64,000 bases of DNA from an uncultured Legionella sp. (GCA_902168255.1 CABHON010000004.1:34361-98360), one strand, 5' to 3'. Positions 37,113 through 48,038 are shown, counted from the stretch's first letter. Numbers and translations are program-made. The notes: a model not told the origin generated them from the letters alone.

Positions 37113-39291
37113 GAATGTCCAATTCTCGAATCAATCCTGTTTTTATATCATATACCCAACCATGCAGTTTTGGAAAACCAAAGGTATCGACGGCTTGTTG
37201 GACTGTCAGGGTTTTTTGAATTTTCTTCACTTGTTCAATCACATTGTATTCAATGAGACGACGTTCTCGTTCATGAGGATCAGTAATGGCGTCAAGGGTT
37301 GATTGGTACAAACGATGGACATCTTTAATTTGGCTAATCCAATTCCAAATTACACCTTCTACTTCGCCAGATAAAGCAGCTTTCACACCGCCACATTCAT
37401 AATGGCCGCATACTACAATATGTTTTACGCGTAAGACTTTAACCGCATAATCTAAAACAGAGAGAAAATTGGTGTCGGTTAATGAGACGGTATTAGCAAT
37501 ATTACGATGAACAAAGATATCACCAGGTTCTGCTTTAGTTAAAATTTCAATAGGAACACGGCTATCAGAACATCCCACGAAAAGAAACTGGGGTGATTGG
37601 CCTTTGGCTAAATCTTTAAAAAAGCGTGCACCTTCATGCAATTCTTTTTCAACCACCCATTCTTTATTATTATTAATGAGTTCTTGATAAGATTGCTCAA
37701 ATTCGTGAGATAAATGACTTTGTTTATGATTCATATGGGGTAACCCTCCTATCAATACTTCAATTTTTTTACGGTAAGCATTCTTAGTGAAATCTTGCAG
37801 GACTTCGACAATATCATGATCGATGTAGAGTGTTTTCGAACCATTAATCAATACTTTTGATTGATTCGGTAATTTCTCTAACGTGTCGATAATTTGCTGT
37901 TTGTTTAAAAACGTTAAATTTTCACTTAATACAATTTCTGTCATTTTTCCCCCACGATCATAAACACTGACAACTTTGGCAGTGTAATGATTGCGTAAAA
38001 TAAAGACGGCAGAAACGGCAATACCAATCAATACCCCAATCATTAAATCAGAAAACAAAATGGCAATAATGGTGGTAAGAAAAGGAATTAATTGATCCCA
38101 ACCATTTTTATATAAACGCATAAAAAGTTGTGGATGGGCTAATTTGTATCCAGTTAAAATTAATACGGCTGATAATGCGGTTAAAGGAATGGTGTTCATC
38201 AGTGGCGCTGCAAAGAGAATTGCCAATAAAAGCAGACAACCATGAAGAATAGTAGATAATTTACTTTGTGCCCCTGCATGTAAATTAACAGAACTCCGGA
38301 CAATAACGGAGGTAATGGGCAACCCTCCAATCAAACCACTTAAGAAATTCCCTGTTCCTTGAGCAAACAATTCACGGTTAACGGGTGTACGTCGATGCTG
38401 TGGATCAAGTTTATCAATGGCTTCAATGCATAATATTGTTTCAATAGAAGCAACAAAGGCAATACTAAATGCTGCTTGATATACCTTAGGGTTAAGTAAA
38501 GAAGGCCAGTGAGGAAATACTGTTTGTGAAACAAAATCCATCCATGAACGAATAAAAGGTAATTGAACAAGTTGGGAGGTTTTAAATAGCCAATTGGTAT
38601 TGAAAAAAGGATATGACAACGCGAGGGAGGTCCCTACGATAATAGCCATTAAAGAGCTGGGAATTAGTCGATAAAGAGCTGGAGAGCGTTTGCTTACTAG
38701 TTTGTCCCATATCAACATAACAAGTAATGATACAATCCCTACGATAATAATGGGTGTTTGGAAATGATGCAATGCGTCCCATAGTACACTTAACGTGTTG
38801 CCTTGTGGCTGAATATCAGACGGAAGCGTGGTATTAGTAAAATCAGTAGAGGTTAAATTAAATTGTTCCACTCCTTCTGCTTCAACGTCATGTCCCAGTA
38901 AATGGGGAATTTGCTTAAGAATAAGGGTAAGGCCGATGGCCGCAAGCATACCTTCAATAACCGCCACAGGAATATATCTTCCAAATGTTCCCATGCGTAA
39001 CACACCGAAAATCATTTGAAAAATACCGGCTAATACTATAGCCGTTAACAATGATTCGAAGTTACCTAAAGCAAGACCAGCACTAGCGACAATGGCGGTT
39101 AAGCCAGCCGCAGGACCACTTACACTGAGAGATGAACGGCTCAATGAGCCAATCACAATTCCCCCAATAATCCCAGCTATAAGCCCGGATAAAAGGGGAG
39201 CATTAGACGCGTGTGCAATGCCGAGACATAAAGGCACAGCAACAAGAAAAACCGCAATAGAAGCGGGAATATCAGTTTTCCAATGAAGCAT
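37105..39291 (-). CDS. SulP-family anion transporter fused to STAS and a C-terminal beta-carbonic anhydrase
   Basis: 728 aa. A SulP TM domain is followed by a STAS region (LTFLNKQQIIDTLEKL...) and then beta-CA motifs CSDSRVP and HYECGG. The gene overlaps the ccmA start by 8 nt. Confidence 0.9.
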   Translation of the reverse strand: MLHWKTDIPASIAVFLVAVPLCLGIAHASNAPLLSGLIAGIIGGIVIGSLSRSSLSVSGPAAGLTAIVASAGLALGNFESLLTAIVLAGIFQMIFGVLRMGTFGRYIPVAVIEGMLAAIGLTLILKQIPHLLGHDVEAEGVEQFNLTSTDFTNTTLPSDIQPQGNTLSVLWDALHHFQTPIIIVGIVSLLVMLIWDKLVSKRSPALYRLIPSSLMAIIVGTSLALSYPFFNTNWLFKTSQLVQLPFIRSWMDFVSQTVFPHWPSLLNPKVYQAAFSIAFVASIETILCIEAIDKLDPQHRRTPVNRELFAQGTGNFLSGLIGGLPITSVIVRSSVNLHAGAQSKLSTILHGCLLLLAILFAAPLMNTIPLTALSAVLILTGYKLAHPQLFMRLYKNGWDQLIPFLTTIIAILFSDLMIGVLIGIAVSAVFILRNHYTAKVVSVYDRGGKMTEIVLSENLTFLNKQQIIDTLEKLPNQSKVLINGSKTLYIDHDIVEVLQDFTKNAYRKKIEVLIGGLPHMNHKQSHLSHEFEQSYQELINNNKEWVVEKELHEGARFFKDLAKGQSPQFLFVGCSDSRVPIEILTKAEPGDIFVHRNIANTVSLTDTNFLSVLDYAVKVLRVKHIVVCGHYECGGVKAALSGEVEGVIWNWISQIKDVHRLYQSTLDAITDPHERERRLIEYNVIEQVKKIQKTLTVQQAVDTFGFPKLHGWVYDIKTGLIRELDIHA

Positions 39292-39305
39292 TTTTATTCC
39301 AAAAA

Positions 39306-40439
39306 TTAACGATTATTAATATCAACGAATGCACGTGGCTCAGGCCCAATGTATTCAGAGTCTGGGCGAATGAGCTTATTATTGGCGCGTTGTTCAATCA
39401 CATGCGCTGACCACCCTGTAATACGAGACATAACAAAGATAGGCGTAAACATATCAGTTGGAATGCCGCAGAAATGATAAGCTGATGCACTATAAAAATC
39501 TAAATTAGGGAATAACTTTTTCTCATCCCACATTACTTTTTCAATCGCTTCAGATACTGGATATAATACTTTATCACCCGCAGCATCCGATAAGCGTTTT
39601 GCCCACACTTTTATTATATTAGATCGAGGATCGCATACGGTGTATACACGATGGCCAAATCCCATAATTTTTTCTTTATTGGCTAACATGGTTTTTAAGC
39701 CTTGTGTTGCTTCTTCAGCGGAATGGAATTTCTCAATAAGCTCCATTGCTGCTTCATTGGCACCACCATGCAGAGGGCCTCGCAGAGTGCCAATAGCTGC
39801 TGTTATTGCTGAATAAAAATCTGAAAGTGTTGCGGCTGTTGTACGCGCCACAAAAGTAGAAGCATTAAACTCATGTTCCGCATATAACGTTAATGACACG
39901 TCAACGGCTTGTCGATGTAATTCATCCGGTTTTTTTCCATGGAGTAAGGAAAGAAAATATCCTGCAGTAGATGATTCAGAAGAACTAGTATCAATTCGTT
40001 TGTTATTTTGATGAAAATGATACCAGTAGCATAACATGGCAGGGAATAACGCCATTAAACGTTTGGCAACATGTTTTTGTTGGCTAAAGTTTGTTTCCGG
40101 TTCTAAATTTCCTAACATAGAGCAACCTGTGCGTAATACATCCATGGGATGGGCATTTTTAGGAATATTTTCTAATACAAGTTTAAGAACATCCGGTAAT
40201 TGACGTAGAGTAATGAGTTCATCAACAAAAGAATCCAATTCATTTTTTTTAGGCAGGACTCCTTCAATAAGCAAATAAGCGGTTTCTTCAAAAGAAGCCT
40301 TTGCTGCTAAGTCATCGATAGAATATCCTCTATAATTTAAGCCTAATCCTTTTCCGACTGTAGCTATCGCAGATTGACCTGCTACAACGCCAGCTAATCC
40401 ACCTGTTTTTTGCACGGTTTTTTGATTTTCTTGACTCAT
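39306..40439 (-). CDS. citrate synthase / 2-methylcitrate synthase (short, type I-like)
   Basis: 377 aa with GPLHGGANE, GFGHRVY and the catalytic Asp context. No prpB/prpD is adjacent, so substrate specificity is unresolved. Confidence 0.85.
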   Translation of the reverse strand: MSQENQKTVQKTGGLAGVVAGQSAIATVGKGLGLNYRGYSIDDLAAKASFEETAYLLIEGVLPKKNELDSFVDELITLRQLPDVLKLVLENIPKNAHPMDVLRTGCSMLGNLEPETNFSQQKHVAKRLMALFPAMLCYWYHFHQNNKRIDTSSSESSTAGYFLSLLHGKKPDELHRQAVDVSLTLYAEHEFNASTFVARTTAATLSDFYSAITAAIGTLRGPLHGGANEAAMELIEKFHSAEEATQGLKTMLANKEKIMGFGHRVYTVCDPRSNIIKVWAKRLSDAAGDKVLYPVSEAIEKVMWDEKKLFPNLDFYSASAYHFCGIPTDMFTPIFVMSRITGWSAHVIEQRANNKLIRPDSEYIGPEPRAFVDINNR

Positions 40440-40652
40440 AATGTTTATTCTCCGTCAATGTAAGATCTCAATTTTTAACATAGATTTGGCTGTATAAGCA
40501 AGGGTTTAAGGGATAAGCTTCATTTTGCAAGAAAAGGGTAGACTCCAAAAATAGTTTGCAGTAGAATTAACCTCTTTCACTTTTTTTAGTAACGGCTAAT
40601 ATTGATTTTTAGTTATTATTCGCTAGTTACAGCTATTATTTAGGGGATACCT

Positions 40653-42713
40653 ATGCAGCAAGATTCTCTCCAAAAAAGAGATACGAAGGGGACTGCCTCC
40701 GCTTACATCAATGCGTCTGTGAGCAATTTGCCAGAGTTAACAATACGTGGTTGTCTTTTAGCGATACTTATTACGGTTGTATTTACAGCAGGTAATGTGT
40801 ACATGGGATTAAAAATTAGTTTCACTTTTAATTCGGCTATCCCAGCTGCTGTTATATCAATGGCAATCCTCCGGTTTTTTGCTTCTTCTAATATATTAGA
40901 AAACACGATGGTGCAAACTTTTGCCTCAGCGGCGGGTACATTATCAGCTGTTATTTTCGTTTTACCAGCACTTCTTATGTTGGGTTATTGGACTTCTTTC
41001 CCTTTCTGGCAAACTGTTTTGCTTTGTGTCACTGGTGGACTACTGGGGGTTATGTTTACTATTCCTTTGCGTCGAGCGTTGGTAGTTAATAGTGATTTGC
41101 CTTATCCAGAAGGGGTGGCTGCCGCCGAAATTCTACGACTTGGTGATGCTCGAGGGGACAAAAAGGCCAAAACGGGAACATGGAACATCGTTTGGGGAAC
41201 ATTAATTTCTGGTGCATTTACTTTATTTAGCCGTGGGTTTCACTGGTTTTCGGAGTCTTTGACTGGTTTTGCCCAAATAGGAAATGGTTTAACTGGCTTT
41301 TCAATGGATTATTCTTTGGCATTAATTGGTGCGGGATACTTAACGCGGATTCGAGCCGGTATTGCCATGTTAGTTGGTTTTGTTATTGCTTGGGGAATTG
41401 CTGTTCCATATTTCTCTTGGAATGTGCCTATTGAGGGTTCTATTGCGGACACTGCGCTCAATGTTTGGGTGACAAAAGTTCGTGTAATGGGTGTGGGAAC
41501 CATTGCTGTAGCTGCTGTTTGGACAATGATATTATTATTAAAACCTATTTGGGTAGGTATCCAATCATCCGTAGAAGCCTTAAAACGTATTCGTTCTAAA
41601 GGGCAAGATGCCGTTATTCGTACAGAGAAAGATATTCCTATTAATAAGGTGTTAATGGCTGTGGGTTTTTTAATTCTTCCATTATTAGGCATTTTTGCTT
41701 ACTTTATTGTTGAAGAGCATTTGCCTATTACCATTGGTATGATGATAATACTCACTATTATTTGCGTAGTATTTGTTTTATTTTTAAGTTTTATTACTGC
41801 ATCGGTATGTGGTTATATGGCGGGTCTAGTCGGCTCCTCTAATTCACCTATTTCAAGTATTGGTGTGTTGGCGACAATCAGTGCTTCAGCATTACTACTT
41901 TTAGTGCTTCCTGCCCATATTCATAACCAATATTCTCACTTAACCATTGCATTAGTTATTTATATGGCAGCAGCGGTAGTCGCGGCTGCGGCCACTTCAA
42001 ATGATAATTTGCAAGATCTAAAAACTGGCCAATTATTAGGCGCAACTCCTTGGCGTCAACAGTTAGCTTTAGTATTTGGTGTTTGTACGGGTGCGTTAAT
42101 TATTCCCGTTATTTTGCAAGTGCTGTATATTGCCTATGGTTTCCCCGGAAGCTTCCCTCATGTTGGAATGAATCCTGCAGAGGCCTTATCTGCACCTCAA
42201 GCTGTGATGATGTCAACTATTGCTTCCGGTATTATCACCCATAATTTAGACTGGGAAATGATTGGTATGGGCGGTGCTATTGCCGTCTTCTTTATTATTT
42301 TAGATTCAACTTATTTAAAGCGCCGCAATTTACGTTTATCGGTTGTGGCAATGGGAACAGGAATGTATTTACCGGCCTCAGCCACTACCGCCATTATTGT
42401 TGGCTCATTCCTTTCTTTTATCATTGAATATGCCCTGAAGAAAAAAGAACAATTAAAAAGCGAAGATATTCATACATTAAATAGCCATCTTCTTCGTCGT
42501 GGAACTCTTTTAGCTTCTGGATTCATTGTGGGCGAATCTATTGTTGGTGTAATTATTGCATTACTGATTGCTATATCAGCTAACCAATACCCTATCCGGC
42601 TTGTAAGCCCTGAATTTGCACCTATTGCTGAATGGCTGGCTTTTCCGGCATTTGTTGGTGTGTTAATTTTTACTTATTATTACATAATGCGAAAAGAGCG
42701 TGACAATGCCTAA
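40653..42713 (+). CDS. OPT-family oligopeptide transporter
   Basis: 686 aa with about 15 TM segments. The N-terminal [27 protein letters not shown] and the NSPISSIG region are typical of bacterial OPT proteins. Confidence 0.85.
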   Translation: MQQDSLQKRDTKGTASAYINASVSNLPELTIRGCLLAILITVVFTAGNVYMGLKISFTFNSAIPAAVISMAILRFFASSNILENTMVQTFASAAGTLSAVIFVLPALLMLGYWTSFPFWQTVLLCVTGGLLGVMFTIPLRRALVVNSDLPYPEGVAAAEILRLGDARGDKKAKTGTWNIVWGTLISGAFTLFSRGFHWFSESLTGFAQIGNGLTGFSMDYSLALIGAGYLTRIRAGIAMLVGFVIAWGIAVPYFSWNVPIEGSIADTALNVWVTKVRVMGVGTIAVAAVWTMILLLKPIWVGIQSSVEALKRIRSKGQDAVIRTEKDIPINKVLMAVGFLILPLLGIFAYFIVEEHLPITIGMMIILTIICVVFVLFLSFITASVCGYMAGLVGSSNSPISSIGVLATISASALLLLVLPAHIHNQYSHLTIALVIYMAAAVVAAAATSNDNLQDLKTGQLLGATPWRQQLALVFGVCTGALIIPVILQVLYIAYGFPGSFPHVGMNPAEALSAPQAVMMSTIASGIITHNLDWEMIGMGGAIAVFFIILDSTYLKRRNLRLSVVAMGTGMYLPASATTAIIVGSFLSFIIEYALKKKEQLKSEDIHTLNSHLLRRGTLLASGFIVGESIVGVIIALLIAISANQYPIRLVSPEFAPIAEWLAFPAFVGVLIFTYYYIMRKERDNA

Positions 42714-44055
42714 AAAAACACATCTCTCAGCAAGCAGCTCTCATCGGGTAGGTTTTGTTAGTTTAGGTTGCCCTAAGGCATTAGTAGACTCTGAACGTAT
42801 TTTAACGCAGCTTCGCGCGCAAGGATACGAAACTGTCCCTGACTATGAAAGTGCAGGGGTTGTTATTGTGAACACCTGCGGTTTTATTGAATCAGCGATT
42901 AATGAATCACTTGGTGCAATTGATGAGGCAATGTTAAAAAACGGACGTGTATTAGTTACTGGTTGTTTAGGGGCAAAGGCAGATATTATTCGGGAAAAAT
43001 TTCCAGGGGTATTGCATATTTCCGGACCGCAAGCTTATGAGTCTGTAATGGAAGCGGTACATAAGCATTTACCACCACCAGAAGATCCACGTATTTCTTT
43101 AGTACCACCACAAGGTATTAAACTAACGCCACGCCATTATGCTTATTTAAAAATCTCAGAAGGGTGCAATCATAAATGCACTTTTTGCATTATTCCAAGC
43201 ATGCGGGGAAAACTGCAAAGTACACCACTTCGACGCGTGATGACCGAAGCTGAATCATTAGTAAAAGCAGGCGTTAAAGAGTTATTAATTATTTCCCAAG
43301 ATACCAGTGCTTATGGGTTAGATACTCACTATGCAATGGATAAATGGAAAAACAAAGAAGTAAAAACTCGATTTAAAGAGCTTTGCGAATGTTTGGGAGA
43401 TTTAGGTGTTTGGGTTCGGTTGCATTACGTTTACCCTTATCCGCATGTGGATGATATGATCAGTTTAATGGCTGAGAAAAAAATATTACCTTATCTCGAT
43501 ATTCCTTTTCAGCATGCTAATGCCCGTATCTTGAAATTAATGAAACGGCCTGCGAGCAGCGAAAATAATCTGGAACGTATTCGGGCATGGCGCAATATTT
43601 GCCCTGATATTACGTTGCGCAGCACTTTTATTGTAGGATTTCCGGGTGAAACCGAAGCTGAATTTAACGAATTATTGGATTTTCTAAAAGAAGCCCAATT
43701 AGATCGTGTGGGATGCTTTAAATATTCCCCCGTGGAAGGGGCTAAAGCCAATGATTTGCCGGATCATATTCCTGAGGAAATTCAAGAAGAGCGATACCAT
43801 CGATTTATGGAAGTACAGAGTGAAATAAGTGCTAAAAAATTACAGCAAAAAATAGGCAAAACGTTGGATGTGCTTATTGATGAAATTACTCCCGAACATA
43901 TTATTGCGCGTAGTTCTGCTGACGCCCCTGAAATTGATGGATGTGTTTACGTTTCCACCCAATTGCCAAAAGCAAGTTTTCGCGTGGGTGACTTCATTAA
44001 GGTACGTGTAACTACTGCAGATACGTATGATTTACATGCAGAGTTAGAGGCTTAG
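42706..44055 (+). CDS. rimO: ribosomal protein S12 methylthiotransferase
   Basis: UPF0004 N-terminal Cys triad (GCPKA.., NTCGF.., GCL), radical [11 protein letters not shown], and a TRAM domain. The ATG at 42706 overlaps the OPT stop. Confidence 0.92.
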   Translation: MPKKTHLSASSSHRVGFVSLGCPKALVDSERILTQLRAQGYETVPDYESAGVVIVNTCGFIESAINESLGAIDEAMLKNGRVLVTGCLGAKADIIREKFPGVLHISGPQAYESVMEAVHKHLPPPEDPRISLVPPQGIKLTPRHYAYLKISEGCNHKCTFCIIPSMRGKLQSTPLRRVMTEAESLVKAGVKELLIISQDTSAYGLDTHYAMDKWKNKEVKTRFKELCECLGDLGVWVRLHYVYPYPHVDDMISLMAEKKILPYLDIPFQHANARILKLMKRPASSENNLERIRAWRNICPDITLRSTFIVGFPGETEAEFNELLDFLKEAQLDRVGCFKYSPVEGAKANDLPDHIPEEIQEERYHRFMEVQSEISAKKLQQKIGKTLDVLIDEITPEHIIARSSADAPEIDGCVYVSTQLPKASFRVGDFIKVRVTTADTYDLHAELEA

Positions 44056-44075
44056 TTTAACTCTGCTTTTCTCTA

Positions 44076-44303
44076 TTATCTTGGACGAGGTGTTGTACAT
44101 CTCCCTTCTTCTTCTTCAGCGGCAGATGTGGGGGTATTGGAATGTGTAGTAGCATTATTATCATCAAGCCATTTTCGATTTCGACTTGAGTAGGGTTGAG
44201 GATGACAAGTAGGTTCTTGACTACGATCCGCAGCAGGTTGTGTGGCCGGCTGTGACGAAGGTTTTTCTTGTGATTCTTTTTGACTTGGAGTTAATCCACT
44301 CAT
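44076..44303 (-). CDS. possible small disordered P/S/T/Q-rich protein (75 aa)
   Basis: A GAGG RBS lies 7 nt upstream of the ATG. The low-complexity composition means it could still be non-coding. Confidence 0.3.
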   Translation of the reverse strand: MSGLTPSQKESQEKPSSQPATQPAADRSQEPTCHPQPYSSRNRKWLDDNNATTHSNTPTSAAEEEEGRCTTPRPR

Positions 44304-44384
44304 GTTTACCTCTATATTTTAATGGTTAAAGAAGAGAACATACAATAAAAATTTAATTCCTGTCAATTTTTTATCAATATTCTC

Positions 44385-44413
44385 TTGATGAGTTGGAGAT
44401 TTTGGTGTATCTT
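44385..44413 (+). promoter_or_regulatory. candidate promoter for tRNA-Ser (TTGATG-17-TATCTT)
   Basis: The hexamers place the transcription start a few nt upstream of the tRNA 5' end at 44424. Confidence 0.3.
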
Positions 44414-44423
44414 TGCCTCTCTT

Positions 44424-44514
44424 GGAGAGGTGGCCGAGCGGTTGAAGGCGCACGCCTGGAAAGTGTGTATACGTTAATCACGTATCAAGGGTTCGAATCC
44501 CTTTCTCTCCGCCA
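44424..44514 (+). tRNA. tRNA-Ser (anticodon GGA)
   Basis: GGAGAGG acceptor stem pairs with TCTCTCC. It has a D arm, anticodon stem CACGC/GTGTG with loop CTGGAAA, a long variable arm, a GGTTCGAATCC T-loop, and an encoded CCA. Confidence 0.95.
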
Positions 44515-44566
44515 TATTTGAACAACACAGTCCATCCTTAAACCTGTTAAATCATAAGAGGTATCC

Positions 44567-45748
44567 ATGAAACCATTAATCAAAATAAGTTTATGTTTTG
44601 CAGCCCTATTAACAACCCAGCCAATTTTTTCCCATCAAAAATATGCTGAAGAAGATGTTTCTTCTATTGTTACTCATACGATTGAGCCATGGATGAAGAC
44701 TCACGAAATTCCAGGGGTGGCGGTTGGTGTTTATCAACATGGAAAACCTTCTGCGTATTATTTTGGTGTGGAAAGCCGCCAAACGCATCAGCCAGTTAAT
44801 GAAAAAACTATTTTCGAAGTGGGCTCATTAACTAAATTACTTACTTGTTTGTTAGCGGCTGAAACAGCTGATGAAGGATTATGGAATTTAAATGATCCTA
44901 TTGTTAAATATTTACCTTTACTAAAAGATAATAAATCTTTTCAATCAGTCACGCTTAAAAATTTAGCAACCTATACGGCTGGACTACCTTTTCGTTTACC
45001 AGAAGCTGTTCAAACGCCAAGAGAGTTATCAACTTATTTAGAACAGTGGCAACCTGAGAAAAAGCATGTATGGGAATACTCCAATATCAGCATTGGATTA
45101 TTAGGTGATGCTATTGCTGCAAGACATCAACAAGACATAGAAAGTTTGTATACACAAAAAATATTTAAACCCCTAGATATGGAGCCACTTGGATTTTCAG
45201 TGCCTGAATCATTAAAGACTCACTATGCACAAGGTTATGACGCAGATGGAAAACCTGTGCCGCATGAAGCAGTCAAATTTTTTGCTTCAGCAGGAGATGC
45301 AAAAATGAGTGCTGGGGATGCGATGAAGCTTTTAAATGCTTCTCTTGGAATGCCAAATGTGAATCCACAAATAGCAAAGGCAATGAAAATTACCCAAACT
45401 CCTTATATCCAAGTAGAGAATGATCATATGCAAGGACTAGGTTGGATTATCTATCCGTTAACGTATCCCCTAAGCAGAAACACCCGCGATAAATTATTGA
45501 GTCCTGATGAAGAAATGAATATGGGGCCTATACCTGCAACGCCAATTCCTACATTGCAACAAAAGTATAATGGTAGCGCACTCATGGATAAAACAGGTGC
45601 AACCTATGGATTTAGATCTTATATAGTTGTTATTCCTAATCTAAAAACAGGTGTGGTTATTCAAGTGAATCGCTATGTTTCTAATGGTGAAATTATCAAA
45701 ATAGGACGAGAAATTTTATTAAAAATTCTTGATGATGGAGTTTATTGA
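44567..45748 (+). CDS. class C beta-lactamase-like serine hydrolase (secreted)
   Basis: Signal peptide plus the three class C motifs in order: SLTK (S-x-x-K), YSN (Y-x-N) and KTG; 393 aa. Confidence 0.8.
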   Translation: MKPLIKISLCFAALLTTQPIFSHQKYAEEDVSSIVTHTIEPWMKTHEIPGVAVGVYQHGKPSAYYFGVESRQTHQPVNEKTIFEVGSLTKLLTCLLAAETADEGLWNLNDPIVKYLPLLKDNKSFQSVTLKNLATYTAGLPFRLPEAVQTPRELSTYLEQWQPEKKHVWEYSNISIGLLGDAIAARHQQDIESLYTQKIFKPLDMEPLGFSVPESLKTHYAQGYDADGKPVPHEAVKFFASAGDAKMSAGDAMKLLNASLGMPNVNPQIAKAMKITQTPYIQVENDHMQGLGWIIYPLTYPLSRNTRDKLLSPDEEMNMGPIPATPIPTLQQKYNGSALMDKTGATYGFRSYIVVIPNLKTGVVIQVNRYVSNGEIIKIGREILLKILDDGVY

Positions 45749-45778
45749 TATTGGCATAAGTTGGTCTTGTGTCCAGAG

Positions 45779-45846
45779 GAGTTTGGCATTATTACGAAGC
45801 AACAACGAAGCATGCTTCGTTGTTGCTTCGTAATAATGCCAAACTC
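45779..45846. repeat. perfect 68-bp palindrome, family C (possible bidirectional terminator)
   Basis: GAGTTTGGCATTATTACGAAGCAACAACGAAGCATG|CATGCTTCGTTGTTGCTTCGTAATAATGCCAAACTC, located between convergent genes. Confidence 0.85.
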
Positions 45847-45954
45847 AATCGTACTCTTTAGTTTTGGCTTGCTTATTTATCCTCGCAACAATGTATCCTC
45901 AATCACATCTCTGTGAAACATATGCTGTGAATATAATTAGATGCGCAGCATATG

Positions 45955-46602
45955 TTAATTTATACTACACGCTCCACCAGCGTTACCATTCTCAGAATCT
46001 GCCAATCCTTCTTCTTTTAACGCTTGTTGAAAAGCTTTACGTTCTTTTAGATGTGCCACATACTTTTCAATAGCAGGCCATTCCGACAAATCAAAACCTA
46101 GTTTGGGCATCCACGATAATATGACAAATAAATAACAATCAGCGATGGAGATTGTTTCGCCACTTAAATACTGTGAATCAAGATGATCTTCAAGAAATTT
46201 AAGTGATTTTTTTAGATTTGGTTTGAAAATCTTCTCTTTGGCATCTTCAGGCATATTAGGATTAAAAAAAGGTGAGCAACCTTTGTGTAAGTCCGTTGCA
46301 ATAAAATTTAACCATTCTAATACGCGATAACGTTTTAATTCACCTACTTTCGGTAATAATGGTTGCTCCGGGTGTAAATCAGCAAGATATTGTAAAATAA
46401 CAGCACCTTCTGTTAATACAGCATCATCATTAATTTTTAAAGCGGGAACCGAACCTTTTGAATTAATAGTTAAAAAATCTATACCTTTTTCTGTTTTTTT
46501 AGCCTTTAAATCAACCGATTCAAATTCGCATGATAAACCCAACTCATGAATGGCAATTCGAATTGCCAAAGAACATGCGCCTTTAGAATAATAGAGTTTC
46601 AT
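45955..46602 (-). CDS. glutathione S-transferase (beta class-like)
   Basis: The N-terminus MKLYYSKGACSLAIRIAIHELGL resembles the E. coli Gst N-terminus, and the GST N and C domains are collinear. Confidence 0.9.
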   Translation of the reverse strand: MKLYYSKGACSLAIRIAIHELGLSCEFESVDLKAKKTEKGIDFLTINSKGSVPALKINDDAVLTEGAVILQYLADLHPEQPLLPKVGELKRYRVLEWLNFIATDLHKGCSPFFNPNMPEDAKEKIFKPNLKKSLKFLEDHLDSQYLSGETISIADCYLFVILSWMPKLGFDLSEWPAIEKYVAHLKERKAFQQALKEEGLADSENGNAGGACSIN

Positions 46603-46619
46603 TGCACATACCTCTCAAA

Positions 46620-47339
46620 CTAATTGTTATTGAAAGCCTGTTTTTGTTTTTCAATCAATTCTTGAATGCCAGCATTCGCTAATTCTAATAATTGATCAAG
46701 TTCAGACCGACTGAAACAGGCACCTTCAGCCGTTCCTTGCACTTCAATAAATTGATTATTATCATTCATGACCACATTCATGTCGGTTTCCGCAACGACA
46801 TCTTCTGCATAATCTAAATCTAAAACAGGTTGCCCACGATAAATCCCAACAGAAACCGAAGCAACAAAATGTAAAAAAGGATCCATTTTAATTTTTTCCA
46901 TTCGACGCATGGAGTCAATCGCATCTTTTAATGCAATACATGCACCCGTAATAGAAGCTGTTCTTGTACCACCATCTGCTTGAATAACATCACAATCAAT
47001 GGTAATAGTATTTTCGCCTAAGGCTTTTAAATTAACGGCAGCACGCAAAGATCGTCCAATTAAACGTTGAATTTCCAATGTACGACCACCTTGTTTTCCT
47101 TGAGCTGCTTCCCGATCAATACGAGAATGGGTAGAACGGGGCAACATACCATATTCAGCCGTTAGCCAACCTTGACCTTTGCCTTTTAAAAAACGAGGAA
47201 CGCCTTCAATCACGCTAGCAGTACATAAAACTTTTGTATCGCCAAATTCAACTAATACAGAACCTTCAGCATGTTTGGTGTAATGTCGTGTTATTTTAAT
47301 ATTTCTAAGTTGATTGAGTTCTCGACCGCTCGGACGCAT
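46620..47339 (-). CDS. rph: ribonuclease PH
   Basis: [12 protein letters not shown]..., [25 protein letters not shown]; 239 aa. Confidence 0.95.
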   Translation of the reverse strand: MRPSGRELNQLRNIKITRHYTKHAEGSVLVEFGDTKVLCTASVIEGVPRFLKGKGQGWLTAEYGMLPRSTHSRIDREAAQGKQGGRTLEIQRLIGRSLRAAVNLKALGENTITIDCDVIQADGGTRTASITGACIALKDAIDSMRRMEKIKMDPFLHFVASVSVGIYRGQPVLDLDYAEDVVAETDMNVVMNDNNQFIEVQGTAEGACFSRSELDQLLELANAGIQELIEKQKQAFNNN

Positions 47340-47405
47340 TATATTTATCCTCTTGTAAAGCCTCAGTATAGTGTTTTTAAAATAAAAAATATATACTTAA
47401 CCGCC

Positions 47406-48038
47406 ATGAGTAAACAATCAATGTCAGGCATTTTATTTATTATTGCGGCACCTTCCGGTGGTGGTAAAACATCGCTGGTTGATAAACTATTAAAAGTAGA
47501 TCCGCAGCTAAAATTATCAATTTCTCATACTACGCGAGCTATGCGTGAGGGTGAAGTTCATGGGAAGCATTACTTTTTTGTAGAACCTCAAGTATTTAAC
47601 CAAATGATCGAGAAAGACGAATTTTTAGAGCATGCGACCGTGTTTGGTTCTTCTTATGGCACTTCATCTCAGCAAGTTTTGCAGTCATTACAAGAAGGTA
47701 TTGATGTCGTCTTAGAAATAGATTGGCAAGGAGCTCAACAAGTACGCAAGTTATTTGAAAATGTCGTTAGTATTTTTATTTTACCACCATCATATGAAGT
47801 TTTAGCCAAACGATTATCTCAACGAGGCCAAGATACGGAAGCCATTATTGCTGCACGTATGGAAAAAGCCCACAATGAAATCAGTCATTGCAATGAATTT
47901 GATTTTGTTGTTTTTAATGACGAATTTGAAGTATGTTTACATCAAATTCAAACTATCATTTCCTCTGAACGCTTGCGTTATAAACAACAATGTTGGCGAA
48001 ATGCTCCAAGACTTACAAAATTATTAGAGCCATCGTAG
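47406..48038 (+). CDS. gmk: guanylate kinase
   Basis: P-loop APSGGGKTSLV and SHTTRAMREGEVHGKHYFF. The start was trimmed to ATG 47406 because the track start overlaps rph. Confidence 0.95.
   Translation: MSKQSMSGILFIIAAPSGGGKTSLVDKLLKVDPQLKLSISHTTRAMREGEVHGKHYFFVEPQVFNQMIEKDEFLEHATVFGSSYGTSSQQVLQSLQEGIDVVLEIDWQGAQQVRKLFENVVSIFILPPSYEVLAKRLSQRGQDTEAIIAARMEKAHNEISHCNEFDFVVFNDEFEVCLHQIQTIISSERLRYKQQCWRNAPRLTKLLEPS

Noticed and set aside
44515-45000. Integrated element (integrase, or a direct repeat of the tRNA 3' end) downstream of tRNA-Ser or the CAU tRNA.
   Set aside because: No integrase or recombinase ORF is present, and I could find no repeat of the tRNA 3' halves in the following kilobases. 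Only composition and gene content hint at islets.
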